In this document: positions 9,118 through 19,101 of the stretch, piece by piece | How the letters are laid out: each line of letters opens with the position of its first letter | How positions within the stretch are numbered: position 1 is the stretch's first letter | Source: Crocinitomicaceae bacterium | GTDB taxonomy: Bacteria > Bacteroidota > Bacteroidia > Flavobacteriales_D > CAJJDF01 | Length of the DNA stretch: 49,558 bases | Assembly: GCA_024639505.1 (NCBI GenBank) | Contig: JAHEIE010000013.1 | Location: forward strand, 1-49,558 | Direction: 5' to 3' | Translations under genes and position numbers: made by a program | The notes under the pieces: model-generated | The model's input: only the letters and a program-made list of their open reading frames with translations | What the model was told of the DNA's origin: nothing | Databases searched by the model: none

Positions 9118-10257
9118 ATGAAAAATTCATTTATTCTACTCAGTTTATTCGCTTCCTTATTCTCTTTTGGTCAATCAACTCTTGATAAAACAATTGTTTC
9201 GGGAGGAGTGGTGCGATCTTATAAAATTTACATTCCAGCAAGTTACTCCAGCACAGTTCCTGTTCCGTTGGTTTTTAATTTTCATGGTTTGGGAAGCAAT
9301 AGTTTGCAGCAAATGCTGTACGGAGATTTCCGCAGTATTGCAGACACAGCAAATTTCATTGTTGTTCATCCTCAAGGAACTACAAGTACAAGTTTGGGAG
9401 CTACATTTTGGAACGCTTATTTTGGACAAGCAGTGAATGATTTTGGGTTTGTTTCAGATTTAATTGACACTATTTCAAGTGATTATTCCATCAATCCTGA
9501 CAGGATTCATTCAACAGGAATGAGTAACGGTGGTTACATGAGTTTAGCGCTTGCCTCAGAATTTGATAATTTGTTTGCTTCGGTTGCTTCCGTTACAGGA
9601 TCTATGACTCGGTTATTTCCTATTTCGCCCACCAACACAAAACCAATTTCTGTTTTGCAAATTCACGGAACAGCTGATTCTACCGTAAAGTATTTGGGAG
9701 ATGCCTCTTCTCACGATATTTCTTATGTTATCGATTATTGGAAAAACCACAACAACACTTCATCCACGCCCGTTGTGGATTCTATCCCCAATGTATCTAT
9801 AACCGACAATTGTGATGCAAAAAGATACACTTATGGCAGTGGAACAAACAATACAGAAGTCATTCATTATAAAGTGTTTGGTGGAGCTCATACTTGGCCA
9901 GGCGCGCCAATTTCAATAGGAGTTACCAATCAAGATTTTAATGCAAGTGAGGTGATTTGGAGGTTTTTTGATAAACATCCGAGGTCTAGTAGCCTTTCTG
10001 TTTCTGAATTGAATCAGAAAGTACAGTTTCAATTTGTATTCAAAAGCTCTTTCAATGAGTTAGTTATCACGAATGAAAGCCAAAATCAAGGCGCAAGATT
10101 TCGTGTGATAAATGCTTTAGGTCAAACAGTTATAGAAGGAAAGCTAGAAGGAAGAGATACAAGTTTGAATTTAAATGATTCTAAACCTGGAGTCTATATT
10201 GCTCAGGTTTTTGACGCCCAAAATACATTACAAACATTTAAGTTCATTAAACACTAG
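9118..10257 (+). CDS. Secreted alpha/beta-hydrolase esterase (LpqC / PHB-depolymerase-like) with a T9SS C-terminal sorting domain
   Basis: 379 aa with a signal peptide. VPLVFNFHGLGSN, then the nucleophile elbow GMSNGG. The C-terminal ~80 aa end in PGVYIAQVFDAQNTLQTFKFIKH (T9SS CTD pattern). Confidence 0.75.
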   Translation: MKNSFILLSLFASLFSFGQSTLDKTIVSGGVVRSYKIYIPASYSSTVPVPLVFNFHGLGSNSLQQMLYGDFRSIADTANFIVVHPQGTTSTSLGATFWNAYFGQAVNDFGFVSDLIDTISSDYSINPDRIHSTGMSNGGYMSLALASEFDNLFASVASVTGSMTRLFPISPTNTKPISVLQIHGTADSTVKYLGDASSHDISYVIDYWKNHNNTSSTPVVDSIPNVSITDNCDAKRYTYGSGTNNTEVIHYKVFGGAHTWPGAPISIGVTNQDFNASEVIWRFFDKHPRSSSLSVSELNQKVQFQFVFKSSFNELVITNESQNQGARFRVINALGQTVIEGKLEGRDTSLNLNDSKPGVYIAQVFDAQNTLQTFKFIKH

Positions 10258-11597
10258 CCACGTCCAAAAATTGCTAATAGGTTTTTCTTTTTTGGTTTAA
10301 TAGAAGTACCATTTTCAATATTAAACTGAGAAATAATGTCTTTTTCGTATTGCTTGAAAAATTCTGGATCAAAATTGGCATTTCGCAACTCAGAAAGTAC
10401 AATTTCAATAGGAGTATTTGATTTTATCCAACCCTCACAAATTTTATGTCTCAGGCGAATCCCAAAATTGTTTATTCCTCTGAGCGCTCTGCTGTTCTTG
10501 TCGTAAACCGCTCTAAATGAGATAGATTTACTAGGATGTTTCCAATAGAAAGTAATTTCATCTTCTTGATTGTTTGCAGCCACATTTCCATAAGTTTGGT
10601 ATTCAATATCAAAGAATTTGGCAGAATTGAACCAAATTCCTGGCTCATACGCAATTTTGTTTCCGGCAAGGGTTTGCCCCAAAGTTTCACCCATCATTCT
10701 TCCTACGTACCAAACTGCCTCGATGGATCTTCTTCCCGGAACTGTTTCTTGAACTTCTGCGCAATCACCTGCGGCATACACATTAGGAACATTAGTTTCT
10801 AGGTATTTATTTACTTTTATTCCTTTTCCAATTTCAAGAGTTGAATTTTTCAAAAAATCAACATTGGGTCTTACACCTGCTGTTAGGCCAACCAATTCAC
10901 ACTCTATTCGTTCACCTTTTTTTGTGATTACAGCCGAAACTCTGCCGTTTTCTCCTTCTATAATCTCATCGAGTTCTTCTTCAAGTCTCAAATCCACGTG
11001 ATGATCTTTTTGCATATGCTCTGCAATCATAGCACCTTCTTCAAGAGGTAAAACTCCACCCCAAAATCTATTTTCTCTTACCAAAAATGTTACCTCAATT
11101 TCTCTAGAACGCATCATTTCAGCAAATTCAACACCAATCAATCCGCCACCCACAATTACTGCACGTTTTACTTTTTTATTGGCTGTAGACTCTTCCAATG
11201 TGTCCAAATCTTGTTTGCTGTATAATCCTTGAACACCCGGTAAATCTTGTCCTTTCCAACCAAATTTATTAGGAGTAGAGCCAGTAGCAATGACCAATTT
11301 GTCGTAAGAAATATCTTGTTCTTTTGTTTTTAAAGTTTCTGTTTCAAAATCAATGGAAAGAACAGTGTCACGAATCAAATCAATTCTGTTTTTAGACCAA
11401 AACCAATCTTCGTAAGGCTTTGTGTCTTTGTATCTCATGTGTCCCATGTAGATGTACATCAGGGCGGTTCTCGAGAAAAAGTGATCTGTTTCGGATGAAA
11501 TAACCGTTATTTTGGTTTCGGAATCGTTTTTTCTAATGTGGCGAGCAGTAGTTATTCCAGCAATTCCGTTTCCTATGATTACAACGTGATTTGCCAT
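10254..11597 (-). CDS. NAD(P)/FAD-dependent oxidoreductase (pyridine nucleotide-disulfide oxidoreductase fold) with a C-terminal extension
   Basis: 447 aa. VVIIGNGIAGITTA (FAD GxGxxG), VIVGGGLIGVEFA (NAD site) and YAAGDCA. No signal peptide. Confidence 0.8.
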   Translation of the reverse strand: MANHVVIIGNGIAGITTARHIRKNDSETKITVISSETDHFFSRTALMYIYMGHMRYKDTKPYEDWFWSKNRIDLIRDTVLSIDFETETLKTKEQDISYDKLVIATGSTPNKFGWKGQDLPGVQGLYSKQDLDTLEESTANKKVKRAVIVGGGLIGVEFAEMMRSREIEVTFLVRENRFWGGVLPLEEGAMIAEHMQKDHHVDLRLEEELDEIIEGENGRVSAVITKKGERIECELVGLTAGVRPNVDFLKNSTLEIGKGIKVNKYLETNVPNVYAAGDCAEVQETVPGRRSIEAVWYVGRMMGETLGQTLAGNKIAYEPGIWFNSAKFFDIEYQTYGNVAANNQEDEITFYWKHPSKSISFRAVYDKNSRALRGINNFGIRLRHKICEGWIKSNTPIEIVLSELRNANFDPEFFKQYEKDIISQFNIENGTSIKPKKKNLLAIFGRG

Positions 11598-11599
11598 CT

Positions 11600-12577
11600 T
11601 TATTTCGAATTTAGTGTCCAGTCGTATTCATTATAGTTTACTGATGCGGTTTTGCTTACCGCTATCTCAGAATACCTATTTATGAATTGAATGATATTTT
11701 CGTTTGTTGAACCAAAATCTGCTTTGTACCATTCAAAAATCTTCGAAATTATAATTTCGTTTTCATCCAATGAATTCTGTTCTTTATTGGATAAAAAAGC
11801 CTTTGTTTGTGCAGTAAGAGATCTCTCAAGATTATGCTCTGTCCAAGCCTTGTTCAGTATTTTGGGACAAGATTTTGCCGCACAATTCACAGCAAAATGA
11901 ATGCGAGGCTCGTTGAATAGTGGTCTAATTATTTTATTTTCAATTGCGTTTAGTGTATAGGCTGTTCCGCTCAATTCTACAAGCTGAGTATCCCAAGGTT
12001 TGCCACCTTCCAAGTCGGTTATAGAAGAAACAGGGTAGTTGTCAACAATAAGTTTTACTGTTACTGCATTGTACAGGTTTATCCAATAGGCAAGTTGTTT
12101 TTTCTTGTTCCAATCGACTATTTCTTTATGTAATTCTTGAAGTTCCCTCAGGTATCGCTCTAGGTCTTTTTTATCGGAAAGGAATCCCGCATAATTCACT
12201 TTGCCCTCTGTATTGATGTGTTTTCTTGTCAATTTATCCCAAGCTGCATGCGGCTCTTCAACAATGGTTTTAGTCACTCTTTCTGTTGAGTCTATTTCTT
12301 CAATTTCCGATGGTAACTTTTGAGCAGTATCTGATGCGTTTAGGTCATTTTCTGTTTCCAATACTTCAATTGTTTCAGTATTAGAATCCAAATCAATTTC
12401 AATTTCCGAAATTTCAGCTGTATCTAGTTTTACTTTTTTTGGTTTGACCTTAACCTGTTTAGTTTCTTGTTTTATTTCAGTTGATTCTTCCTGAATAATT
12501 GGAGTAGATTCTGATTGAGAATCACAAGAACTAAAGAGAAATGAAAAAAGAATAGGGGAGATTAGGATTGATTTCAT
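11600..12577 (-). CDS. DUF547 domain lipoprotein with an acidic N-terminal linker
   Basis: 325 aa. Signal plus Cys (LFSSCDS). YWINLYNAVTVKLIVDNYPVSSI and HFAVNCAAKSCP match DUF547 as I remember it. The stop is 2 nt before the downstream oxidoreductase start. Confidence 0.72.
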   Translation of the reverse strand: MKSILISPILFSFLFSSCDSQSESTPIIQEESTEIKQETKQVKVKPKKVKLDTAEISEIEIDLDSNTETIEVLETENDLNASDTAQKLPSEIEEIDSTERVTKTIVEEPHAAWDKLTRKHINTEGKVNYAGFLSDKKDLERYLRELQELHKEIVDWNKKKQLAYWINLYNAVTVKLIVDNYPVSSITDLEGGKPWDTQLVELSGTAYTLNAIENKIIRPLFNEPRIHFAVNCAAKSCPKILNKAWTEHNLERSLTAQTKAFLSNKEQNSLDENEIIISKIFEWYKADFGSTNENIIQFINRYSEIAVSKTASVNYNEYDWTLNSK

Positions 12578-12662
12578 AGGGAGAAAAGTAGAACCAGTTT
12601 AAATATTTGAGAAAAAGTTACTTATGAGATAAACATAAAGAAAATAAACGAGAATTGTAAGT

Positions 12663-13472
12663 CTATTGAAAAACAATTCCCAAATTGAAACCTGTATTTT
12701 TGAAAGCATTTCGTCCATTTAAGATGTAAGAAGCTCCTCCAAATATCCCGAGGTGCTCATGAACTCCATAATAAACTGTTCCTCCAATTTTTTGATAACT
12801 AAATCCTAAACCTCTAAATCCACCAGTGGATGAACTTACTTGCAATTCGCCAACTCCTCTATAATCCGTTCCTCCAAAAGCATGAATAATCTCGAAAAAA
12901 CCATCGATATATATTTTTCCTGCGTACCCTATCTTGAGGGAAGAAGAAATTGCATTGGGCGTAGGGTCTGATTTTAAAAAGTATCCTGCCTGAACAGAGG
13001 CAAAATAATTTGATTTGAATTTTTGTTGAAGGATAAGCCGTCCGTCTCCAGCAATAGCCATTTGTCCAATTGCACTTCCGCCATTTACTTGATATTCCGA
13101 AAGGGGTTGAATATACCCTGCAGCAACCATAGCTTTCAGTTCACCAAATTTATTTTCGTTGGTCAAGAAGTTGTATTTCAGATAAATACTTCCGTCTTGC
13201 AGTCCTTGTTCTACTCCCTTGTTTATATTCAAATATGGAATTCCCAATTGAATATTTAGTTTGTCTGTAAATCCATAAATTCCGAAAAAACTGAATGCTC
13301 TGGTTGTTCTAGAACCTCTTCCTAAGTTTGGACCTGCGTACAATTGAGAGGCTTTTTCATTTGAAAAAGAAAGTCCTAAAGCAAATTCTTTTTTCTTTTT
13401 CATAAATCCATCTACTGGGCCTTGGCTAATTGCAGAACTGGATAACAGTATTAAAACAATGATTTTTTTCAT
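12663..13472 (-). CDS. Putative outer-membrane beta-barrel protein
   Basis: 269 aa with a signal peptide. Alternating hydrophobic, Gly/Tyr-rich beta-strand pattern. C-terminal ...GFNLGIVFQ. Starts 6 nt after the GT39 stop. Confidence 0.55.
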   Translation of the reverse strand: MKKIIVLILLSSSAISQGPVDGFMKKKKEFALGLSFSNEKASQLYAGPNLGRGSRTTRAFSFFGIYGFTDKLNIQLGIPYLNINKGVEQGLQDGSIYLKYNFLTNENKFGELKAMVAAGYIQPLSEYQVNGGSAIGQMAIAGDGRLILQQKFKSNYFASVQAGYFLKSDPTPNAISSSLKIGYAGKIYIDGFFEIIHAFGGTDYRGVGELQVSSSTGGFRGLGFSYQKIGGTVYYGVHEHLGIFGGASYILNGRNAFKNTGFNLGIVFQ

Positions 13473-13478
13473 GACAAT

Positions 13479-15182
13479 TTAGTTGTGCTTACGAACATAA
13501 AAATCAAAGCCTCCTTTGTTTTCAATAAAGCTAATGTCGGTATAAAGCTTCATTTCTTCACGTTTCGTAATTTTTGTAACAAGATAAACGTCTTTGTCAA
13601 TGTTTCCTTTCAATAGCCACTCATTTGTTAATGAATTCAATTCATTTGCGTCATAAGAATTGGGAGTAGCAAGAGATTTTTTATAGTTATTTTTCAAGAC
13701 TTCAATTTCATCTTTTTCTGTTCTTGGTGGAAATAGAGTGTAGAAATATTGCCCGTAACTCTTGAAACCTAGAGTTGTAACATACACATCTTTGCCTTGC
13801 ATAGATTCGTAGAAATCAATGGCTGGTCCTTGAGAAAACTGCTCTATTTTGGGAACAATAAAAATGGAATAGCCTAAAAGTGTTGTTCCGGTTGCAAAAA
13901 CAAGAACAGTCAAAAATTGATTCACTTTTTCTTTAATAAAATAAATAAGAGACCAGAACAATCCTGCCAAGAAAAGCAGTCCAAAAATAAACTCCCAGCC
14001 TCCCCAATTAATAGGATTTTGAAAAGAAGCTACAGCAAAATCATCTTTGATGTAAGGTGTAATCCAAGTATGATTTTTAAACACAATTGGCACAATAGTT
14101 AAGAGAGTTCCGAAGATTGTCCCAATTGTAATATAGCTGATTTTTAAAGCTTTAAGTTCTATTTTCTTTTCTTTGAGACCTAAAAAGAAATACAAGTAAA
14201 TAGCCGAAAGAAACGAAAGTGGTAAATAACTCATAGATGAATAATGCACAATTTTTGTTTCAACAATGGTGAACAAAATCATTACAACCCAAAACAAAAT
14301 TTTCATCCAAAGCAATAAGTTATAAGGGATATTGGGCTGTTTCTTAAAAAACATCGGTATTGCCAAAATTGACATTGGGAAACATCCCAAAAGAACAACC
14401 ACAAAATGATAGTAAAAAGGTTGTTGATGTCCAGCCACAGGTTCAGTCAAAAGTTCGATTTGATAATGAATGAATTCCAGTATAAACCAAGGGCTGTTGG
14501 TTATAGTTTCGTAACCAAACCAAAGAAAAGTAACGCCTAACGAGCTAAAAAAGAAGATAACAACTGATATCGGTTTTATGTTTACTCTTCCTTTTTTTGC
14601 AATGAGATACACAATGAGTGTTAATACAAGTAAAAGCAATCCTACTGGGCCTTTGGTAATAATTGCTAGGCCAATAAAAATACCAGAAATAAGTGCGTTG
14701 GTTTTTCTGGTTGTTGGTTTTTCGATGGTAAGAATCAGGAAGAAGAGAGAAAGAAAGATGAAGAAGTTGAAAAATGGATCGATAATTCCACTTTTGAAAT
14801 ACATATGAGGAAGAAAGGAAGCGAAATAAACCATACTCCAAATCAACCCAAACTTATCCGAGATTAGTTTTTTTCCAATAAAATAGATAGTTACAAGTGA
14901 AATAATGCCTAACAGAGCATTGGGGAATCTTGCTGCAAATTCATTGATTCCAAAAATTTTCATGGATACAACCTGAAGCCAAAAAAAGAATGGAGGTTTT
15001 TCCCAAAATGGCTCGTAATTTATTTGAACTCTGAAATAATCATTGGTTTCAATCATTTCGCGAGCCGATTCTGCAAAATTTATTTCATCCCAATCAAATA
15101 GATGAACATTTCCCAGAAATGGAAAAAAGAAAATCGCTCCTAGTGCAATTAAAAATAGAACATGTTTCTGTGTGACACTCAT
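13479..15182 (-). CDS. GT39 / ArnT-like polyprenyl-phosphate-sugar-dependent glycosyltransferase (GT-C membrane protein)
   Basis: About 567 aa and polytopic. LFDWDEINFAESAREM is an ArnT/PMT-type first-loop acidic motif. I prefer ATG 15182 (MSVTQKHVLF), which forms an ATGA overlap with the PAP2 stop. The track start is 15215. Confidence 0.8.
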   Translation of the reverse strand: MSVTQKHVLFLIALGAIFFFPFLGNVHLFDWDEINFAESAREMIETNDYFRVQINYEPFWEKPPFFFWLQVVSMKIFGINEFAARFPNALLGIISLVTIYFIGKKLISDKFGLIWSMVYFASFLPHMYFKSGIIDPFFNFFIFLSLFFLILTIEKPTTRKTNALISGIFIGLAIITKGPVGLLLLVLTLIVYLIAKKGRVNIKPISVVIFFFSSLGVTFLWFGYETITNSPWFILEFIHYQIELLTEPVAGHQQPFYYHFVVVLLGCFPMSILAIPMFFKKQPNIPYNLLLWMKILFWVVMILFTIVETKIVHYSSMSYLPLSFLSAIYLYFFLGLKEKKIELKALKISYITIGTIFGTLLTIVPIVFKNHTWITPYIKDDFAVASFQNPINWGGWEFIFGLLFLAGLFWSLIYFIKEKVNQFLTVLVFATGTTLLGYSIFIVPKIEQFSQGPAIDFYESMQGKDVYVTTLGFKSYGQYFYTLFPPRTEKDEIEVLKNNYKKSLATPNSYDANELNSLTNEWLLKGNIDKDVYLVTKITKREEMKLYTDISFIENKGGFDFYVRKHN

Positions 15183-15826
15183 TTCTTTAGTTTTACAAGT
15201 GGTTTTAGTGCCCATTCGCCATATTTTATTTTATTCAAAACAAAATAAAATACGAAAGTTGCTATTGTTCCAATGGTTGCTCCAGCTAAAATATCTTGAA
15301 AAAAATGCTGAGAAAGATAAACTCGAGAATAAGCTATAAAAGCGGCTATGATTCCATAAATATATCCTAGTTTCTTGTTAGAAGAAATAAGGGTGATAAA
15401 ACAAAACAGGGTAAAGGCTGCTGTTGTATGACCCGATGGGAATGAATGACTTGTGAGTTGACTCAGTCCAAATTCGGGAGGGAGTAGTCTTAATTCGTTC
15501 AGCACAGAAGTTGGTCTTAGTTCGTGAAAAAACAAGAGTCTTTTTAATGAGAAAGTAGTCACAGCTGTAATGGCATAAATGAGTAATCCATTTATTGCAA
15601 ATTTAGCTCCTTTGAATAGCAATATTCCCAAAATCACTAGGAACGAGAACCATTCAACTATTTTGGTAGACCAAAAAAAGGTGAAATCGAAAAATGAAGA
15701 ATGAAATTGATTGGCAAAAAGCTGGGCATTAATTTTTCCTTTGGTACCAATTAATAAAACAACAGCAAGAGCAAATACAAGGTAGATGCTAATGAAGGAG
15801 AAGTTTTTTTTAATTAAGTCTATCAA
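15179..15826 (-). CDS. PAP2-family membrane phosphatase (LpxE/LpxF-like or polyprenyl-PP phosphatase)
   Basis: 215 aa. Acid phosphatase motifs K..RP (KRLLFFHELRP), PSGH (PSGHTTAAF) and SRxxxxxHxxxD (SRVYLSQHFFQD). Confidence 0.85.
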   Translation of the reverse strand: MIDLIKKNFSFISIYLVFALAVVLLIGTKGKINAQLFANQFHSSFFDFTFFWSTKIVEWFSFLVILGILLFKGAKFAINGLLIYAITAVTTFSLKRLLFFHELRPTSVLNELRLLPPEFGLSQLTSHSFPSGHTTAAFTLFCFITLISSNKKLGYIYGIIAAFIAYSRVYLSQHFFQDILAGATIGTIATFVFYFVLNKIKYGEWALKPLVKLKK

Positions 15827-15829
15827 AGT

Positions 15830-16570
15830 TTATTTTAATAGTTTCCATTTGTACACACCAATTCTTGTAAAAAAGTGCTTGAATGAAGTTCCCAAAACAC
15901 CAAAACCATAGGTCATACTTCGTTTAAAATTAATAGAGGAAGCCTCATCAAAATACTTAGTAGGACAAGTTATCTCAGCGATTTCAAAATCTTTGTAAAT
16001 AATTTGTGACAACATTTGATTGTCAAATACAAAATCATCCGAATTGTCATTGTACTTGATAGATTCTAACACTTCTTTTGAAAAAGCTCTGTAACCCGTG
16101 TGATATTCAGATAATTTTTGACCAACCAATATATTTTGAGTTAATGTTAAAAATCTGTTAGCTATATACTTATATAGAGGCATTCCACCTTTTAGAGCTC
16201 CGTTACCCAAAATTCTTGAACCAAGAACAACAGGATATACTTCGTTAGCAATAAGGTAAGAGATTGAATGAATTAATTTTGGAGTGTACTGGTAATCAGG
16301 ATGTAGCATAATTACTATGTCAGCGCCTAATTCCAGTGCTTTGTTGTAGCAAGATTTTTGGTTTCCTCCGTAACCTTTGTTTTGTTCGTGAATAATTACG
16401 TGTTTAATTCCAATCTTAGCAGCCAATTCGCTTGTGTTATCGCTTGATTTGTCATCTACTAGCACTACATCATCCACTATTTCAAAAGGAATTTCTCCGT
16501 ATGTTTTTTCGAGCGTGTTTTCAGCGTTGTAAGCTGGCATCACTACAATAATTTTTTTTCCGTCAATCAT
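15830..16570 (-). CDS. GT2 glycosyltransferase, soluble Ppm1/DPM1/ArnC-like (polyprenyl-phosphate sugar synthase type)
   Basis: 246 aa. VVMPAYNAENTLEKT, VDDKSSDNT and MLHPDYQY motifs. No C-terminal TM helices. Confidence 0.8.
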   Translation of the reverse strand: MIDGKKIIVVMPAYNAENTLEKTYGEIPFEIVDDVVLVDDKSSDNTSELAAKIGIKHVIIHEQNKGYGGNQKSCYNKALELGADIVIMLHPDYQYTPKLIHSISYLIANEVYPVVLGSRILGNGALKGGMPLYKYIANRFLTLTQNILVGQKLSEYHTGYRAFSKEVLESIKYNDNSDDFVFDNQMLSQIIYKDFEIAEITCPTKYFDEASSINFKRSMTYGFGVLGTSFKHFFTRIGVYKWKLLK

Positions 16571-16727
16571 TCTTACTTATTCTTTGGTGCAAATATAGGG
16601 AAAGCATCGGAATTTTAAATTATGGAGATGTATTTACCAAGATTCAAAACCAATAGAGTCTGAAATGATTAACAATAGGTTGTTACATTATTCTTAGGTT
16701 GTTGGTTTCAAAGTAAGCACATTGTGT

Positions 16728-16735
16728 TACCTTTG
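16728..16735 (+). promoter_or_regulatory. Candidate -7 promoter box (TACCTTTG) for fabI
   Basis: TAnnTTTG match ending 24 nt upstream of the fabI ATG. A TTG-containing stretch lies about 22 nt further upstream. Confidence 0.45.
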
Positions 16736-16759
16736 CTTCGTAAACATTAAAAAACAAAA

Positions 16760-17572
16760 ATGGCTAATAATATATTAAAAGGAAAAAGAGGAATTATTTT
16801 TGGAGCATTAAACTCACAATCTATCGCTTGGAAAGTTGCTGAATTGGCTCATGAAGAAGGAGCTGAATTTGTATTGACAAATGCACCAATAGCAATGAGA
16901 ATGGGTGAAATAAATGAATTGGCTGAAAAAACAAATTCTCAAATTATTCCTGCTGATGCTACTTCAAATGAAGATTTAGAGAATCTAATTGTGAAATCAC
17001 AAGAGATTTTGGGAGGTAAAATTGATTTTGTTTTGCATTCAATCGGTATGTCACCAAATGTTAGAAAAGGGAAGCATTACACAGATTTGAGTCATGATTT
17101 TTACAACAAAACATTAGATGTATCAGCAATTTCATTTCACAAAACTTTGCAATTGTGCAAAAAGCATGATGCCTTGAATGAGTGGGGATCTGTAGTTGCT
17201 TTGACTTACATTGCTGCTCAAAGAATTTTCCCTGATTACGGTGATATGGCAGATGCTAAATCTTTACTAGAATCAATCGCAAGAGGATTTGGATACCATT
17301 ATGGTGTTGCCAAAAAAGTAAGAGTAAATACAATTTCTCAATCTCCTACAGTTACCACAGCAGGAAGTGGAGTAAAAGGATTTGATGAATTCATCAATTA
17401 CTCAGAGCAAATGAGTCCATTAGGAAATGCAACTGCAGAAGCATGTGCTGAGTATTGTATTTCAATGTTCTCGGATTACACAAGATATGTAACGATGCAA
17501 AATTTATTTCACGATGGAGGATTTTCTGCAACTGGAGTTACTCAGCAGGTAATCGAGAAATTCGGAAACTAG
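16760..17572 (+). CDS. fabI: Enoyl-[acyl-carrier-protein] reductase (NADH)
   Basis: 270 aa. GKRGIIFGALNSQSIAWKVA N-terminus, SIGMSP, and a typical FabI SDR layout with Tyr/Lys in the TYIAAQRIFPDYGDMADAKSLLE region. Confidence 0.9.
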   Translation: MANNILKGKRGIIFGALNSQSIAWKVAELAHEEGAEFVLTNAPIAMRMGEINELAEKTNSQIIPADATSNEDLENLIVKSQEILGGKIDFVLHSIGMSPNVRKGKHYTDLSHDFYNKTLDVSAISFHKTLQLCKKHDALNEWGSVVALTYIAAQRIFPDYGDMADAKSLLESIARGFGYHYGVAKKVRVNTISQSPTVTTAGSGVKGFDEFINYSEQMSPLGNATAEACAEYCISMFSDYTRYVTMQNLFHDGGFSATGVTQQVIEKFGN

Positions 17573-17591
17573 TTTTATTAAAACAAAAAAG

Positions 17592-19098
17592 TATGAAACG
17601 AATAATTCTTTCTGTTTATGTCTGTCTGAGCGTTAGCCTAGGATATACACAAACAGAAGGAAGCGTTTTTACTTCTGCAGGTAGAGGAGTTGCAACTACT
17701 TTTGTTACGGATTACCAGGCTTTGGGTATAAATCCGGCTAATCTTGCTTGGTCCAAAGAGTTTAGAGGTAAAAGAATTGCCTTGGGGTTTTTGGAAACAA
17801 GTTTTTCACTTGCCTCACCTATAATTAACAGTCCAATTATTAATGATTCAAAATCTATTCCATTTGAATTTGGATTTAATAACGATGCTAAATATTCAGA
17901 TTTTCAGGATTTTTCGTCCGACCTACAAGAAGGAATAAGGTTGAATGCCGATGTTCGATTATTTGGATTGGCTGTGACAACAAAATTCGCTGGATTTGGA
18001 TTTTCGGTCAATGAACGATATTCTATGAATGTGCAAACATCAAAAGATTTTGCAGATATAGCTTCGTTTGGATTTGGTTCGCCTTATTTTGATACATTGG
18101 TTTATAATCAAGCAGGTTCTGCTCAAAAAACACTAAACACCCCAGAGGCATATGATTCGCTGAGAAGTGATACATCTGTTCAATTGATTGCAGGAATATC
18201 AGGGAATCCCAAAACAATTCCAGAATTAATGGAGGGAACAAGAATAAAAGTATCTTGGATAAGAGAGTTTAATTTTGGCTTTGGAAAGAGATTAGTAAAA
18301 TCAAAAAAGCTAAGCTTGTACGCAGGAGTTGGGGTAAAGTATCTGCAAGGAATGGCTTTGTTGGATATGCAAGCTTCTAATAACAATTTCAATGGCTTTG
18401 CAGCCTATTCGCCATCCTTAGCTGGGGGCTCGGGAAATCCTGGGTTTTTTACAACAGGGAATATCCAATACAAGTTGCCAAAGGCAGCAGGAAGTGGATT
18501 TGGATTTGATTTTGGAGTGAATGTTAAAGCATTTAAAAGATTAAAAATAGGTGTAGCTGTAAATGACATTGGAAGCATAACTTGGTCAGAGAACACATTT
18601 GGTGTGCAAGCCGATTCTGTTTTAAGTACCTTTAGGGTAAATGGTTTTTATTCGGATTCTCGTTCGCTACAATCCAATTCGGGTGGAGCAACATTTGATA
18701 GTATATTAAACAATTTAGTAGACATTACAGAAGGCAATTTTTCTCGAAAAGTGAATTTACCTTCTACATTTAGACTAGGGGCAAGTATACAATTTGGAAA
18801 AATATTAGAAATAGGAACTGAAGTAGTTACACCACTGAATGACAAACCAGGGAATTTAGTTTCTTCGGTTTATTCTTTTGGTGGAGATTTAAAATTAGGA
18901 CCAATTATTATTTCGTCAGGAATAGTGATGCAAAACAGAGAGGTGCTGAGGATTCCGGTTGGAATTGTGTTTCGAACTTTTGCAGGATTATACGAAATAG
19001 GAGTGTCTACAAGAGACATTCAAAGTTTTAGAAATTTACAAGATCAGGAAAATCCAATGGTTTCAGTAGCATTTGGTTTCTTGAGGTTTAGAATATAA
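17592..19098 (+). CDS. Large outer-membrane beta-barrel protein, FadL/PorV/TraF-like superfamily (possibly DUF5723)
   Basis: About 502 aa counted from ATG 17592 (MKRIILSVYVCLSVSLGYTQ signal). The track start 17455 overlaps fabI and is rejected. The N-terminal GRGVATTFVTDYQALGINPANLAW resembles the GxGxA...D...NPAxLA segment of FadL/PorV/TraF_2-type barrels. The rest is Gly/aromatic-rich beta pattern. Confidence 0.6.
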
Positions 19099-19101
19099 AG
19101 T

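Noticed and set aside
16552-16559. A8/T8 homopolymer in codons 4-7 of the GT2 gene as a slipped-strand phase-variation switch for the envelope-modification operon
   Set aside because: Lys-Lys (AAAAAA) runs of this length are common throughout this AT-rich window (for example at 6871, 20745 and 3441). Without population or read-level length variation there is no evidence that it is a contingency tract.
17455-17591. Upstream extension of the large OM barrel ORF (track start 17455)
   Set aside because: The extension overlaps the last 118 nt of fabI in another frame and precedes an obvious signal peptide that starts at ATG 17592. The shorter start is far more plausible.
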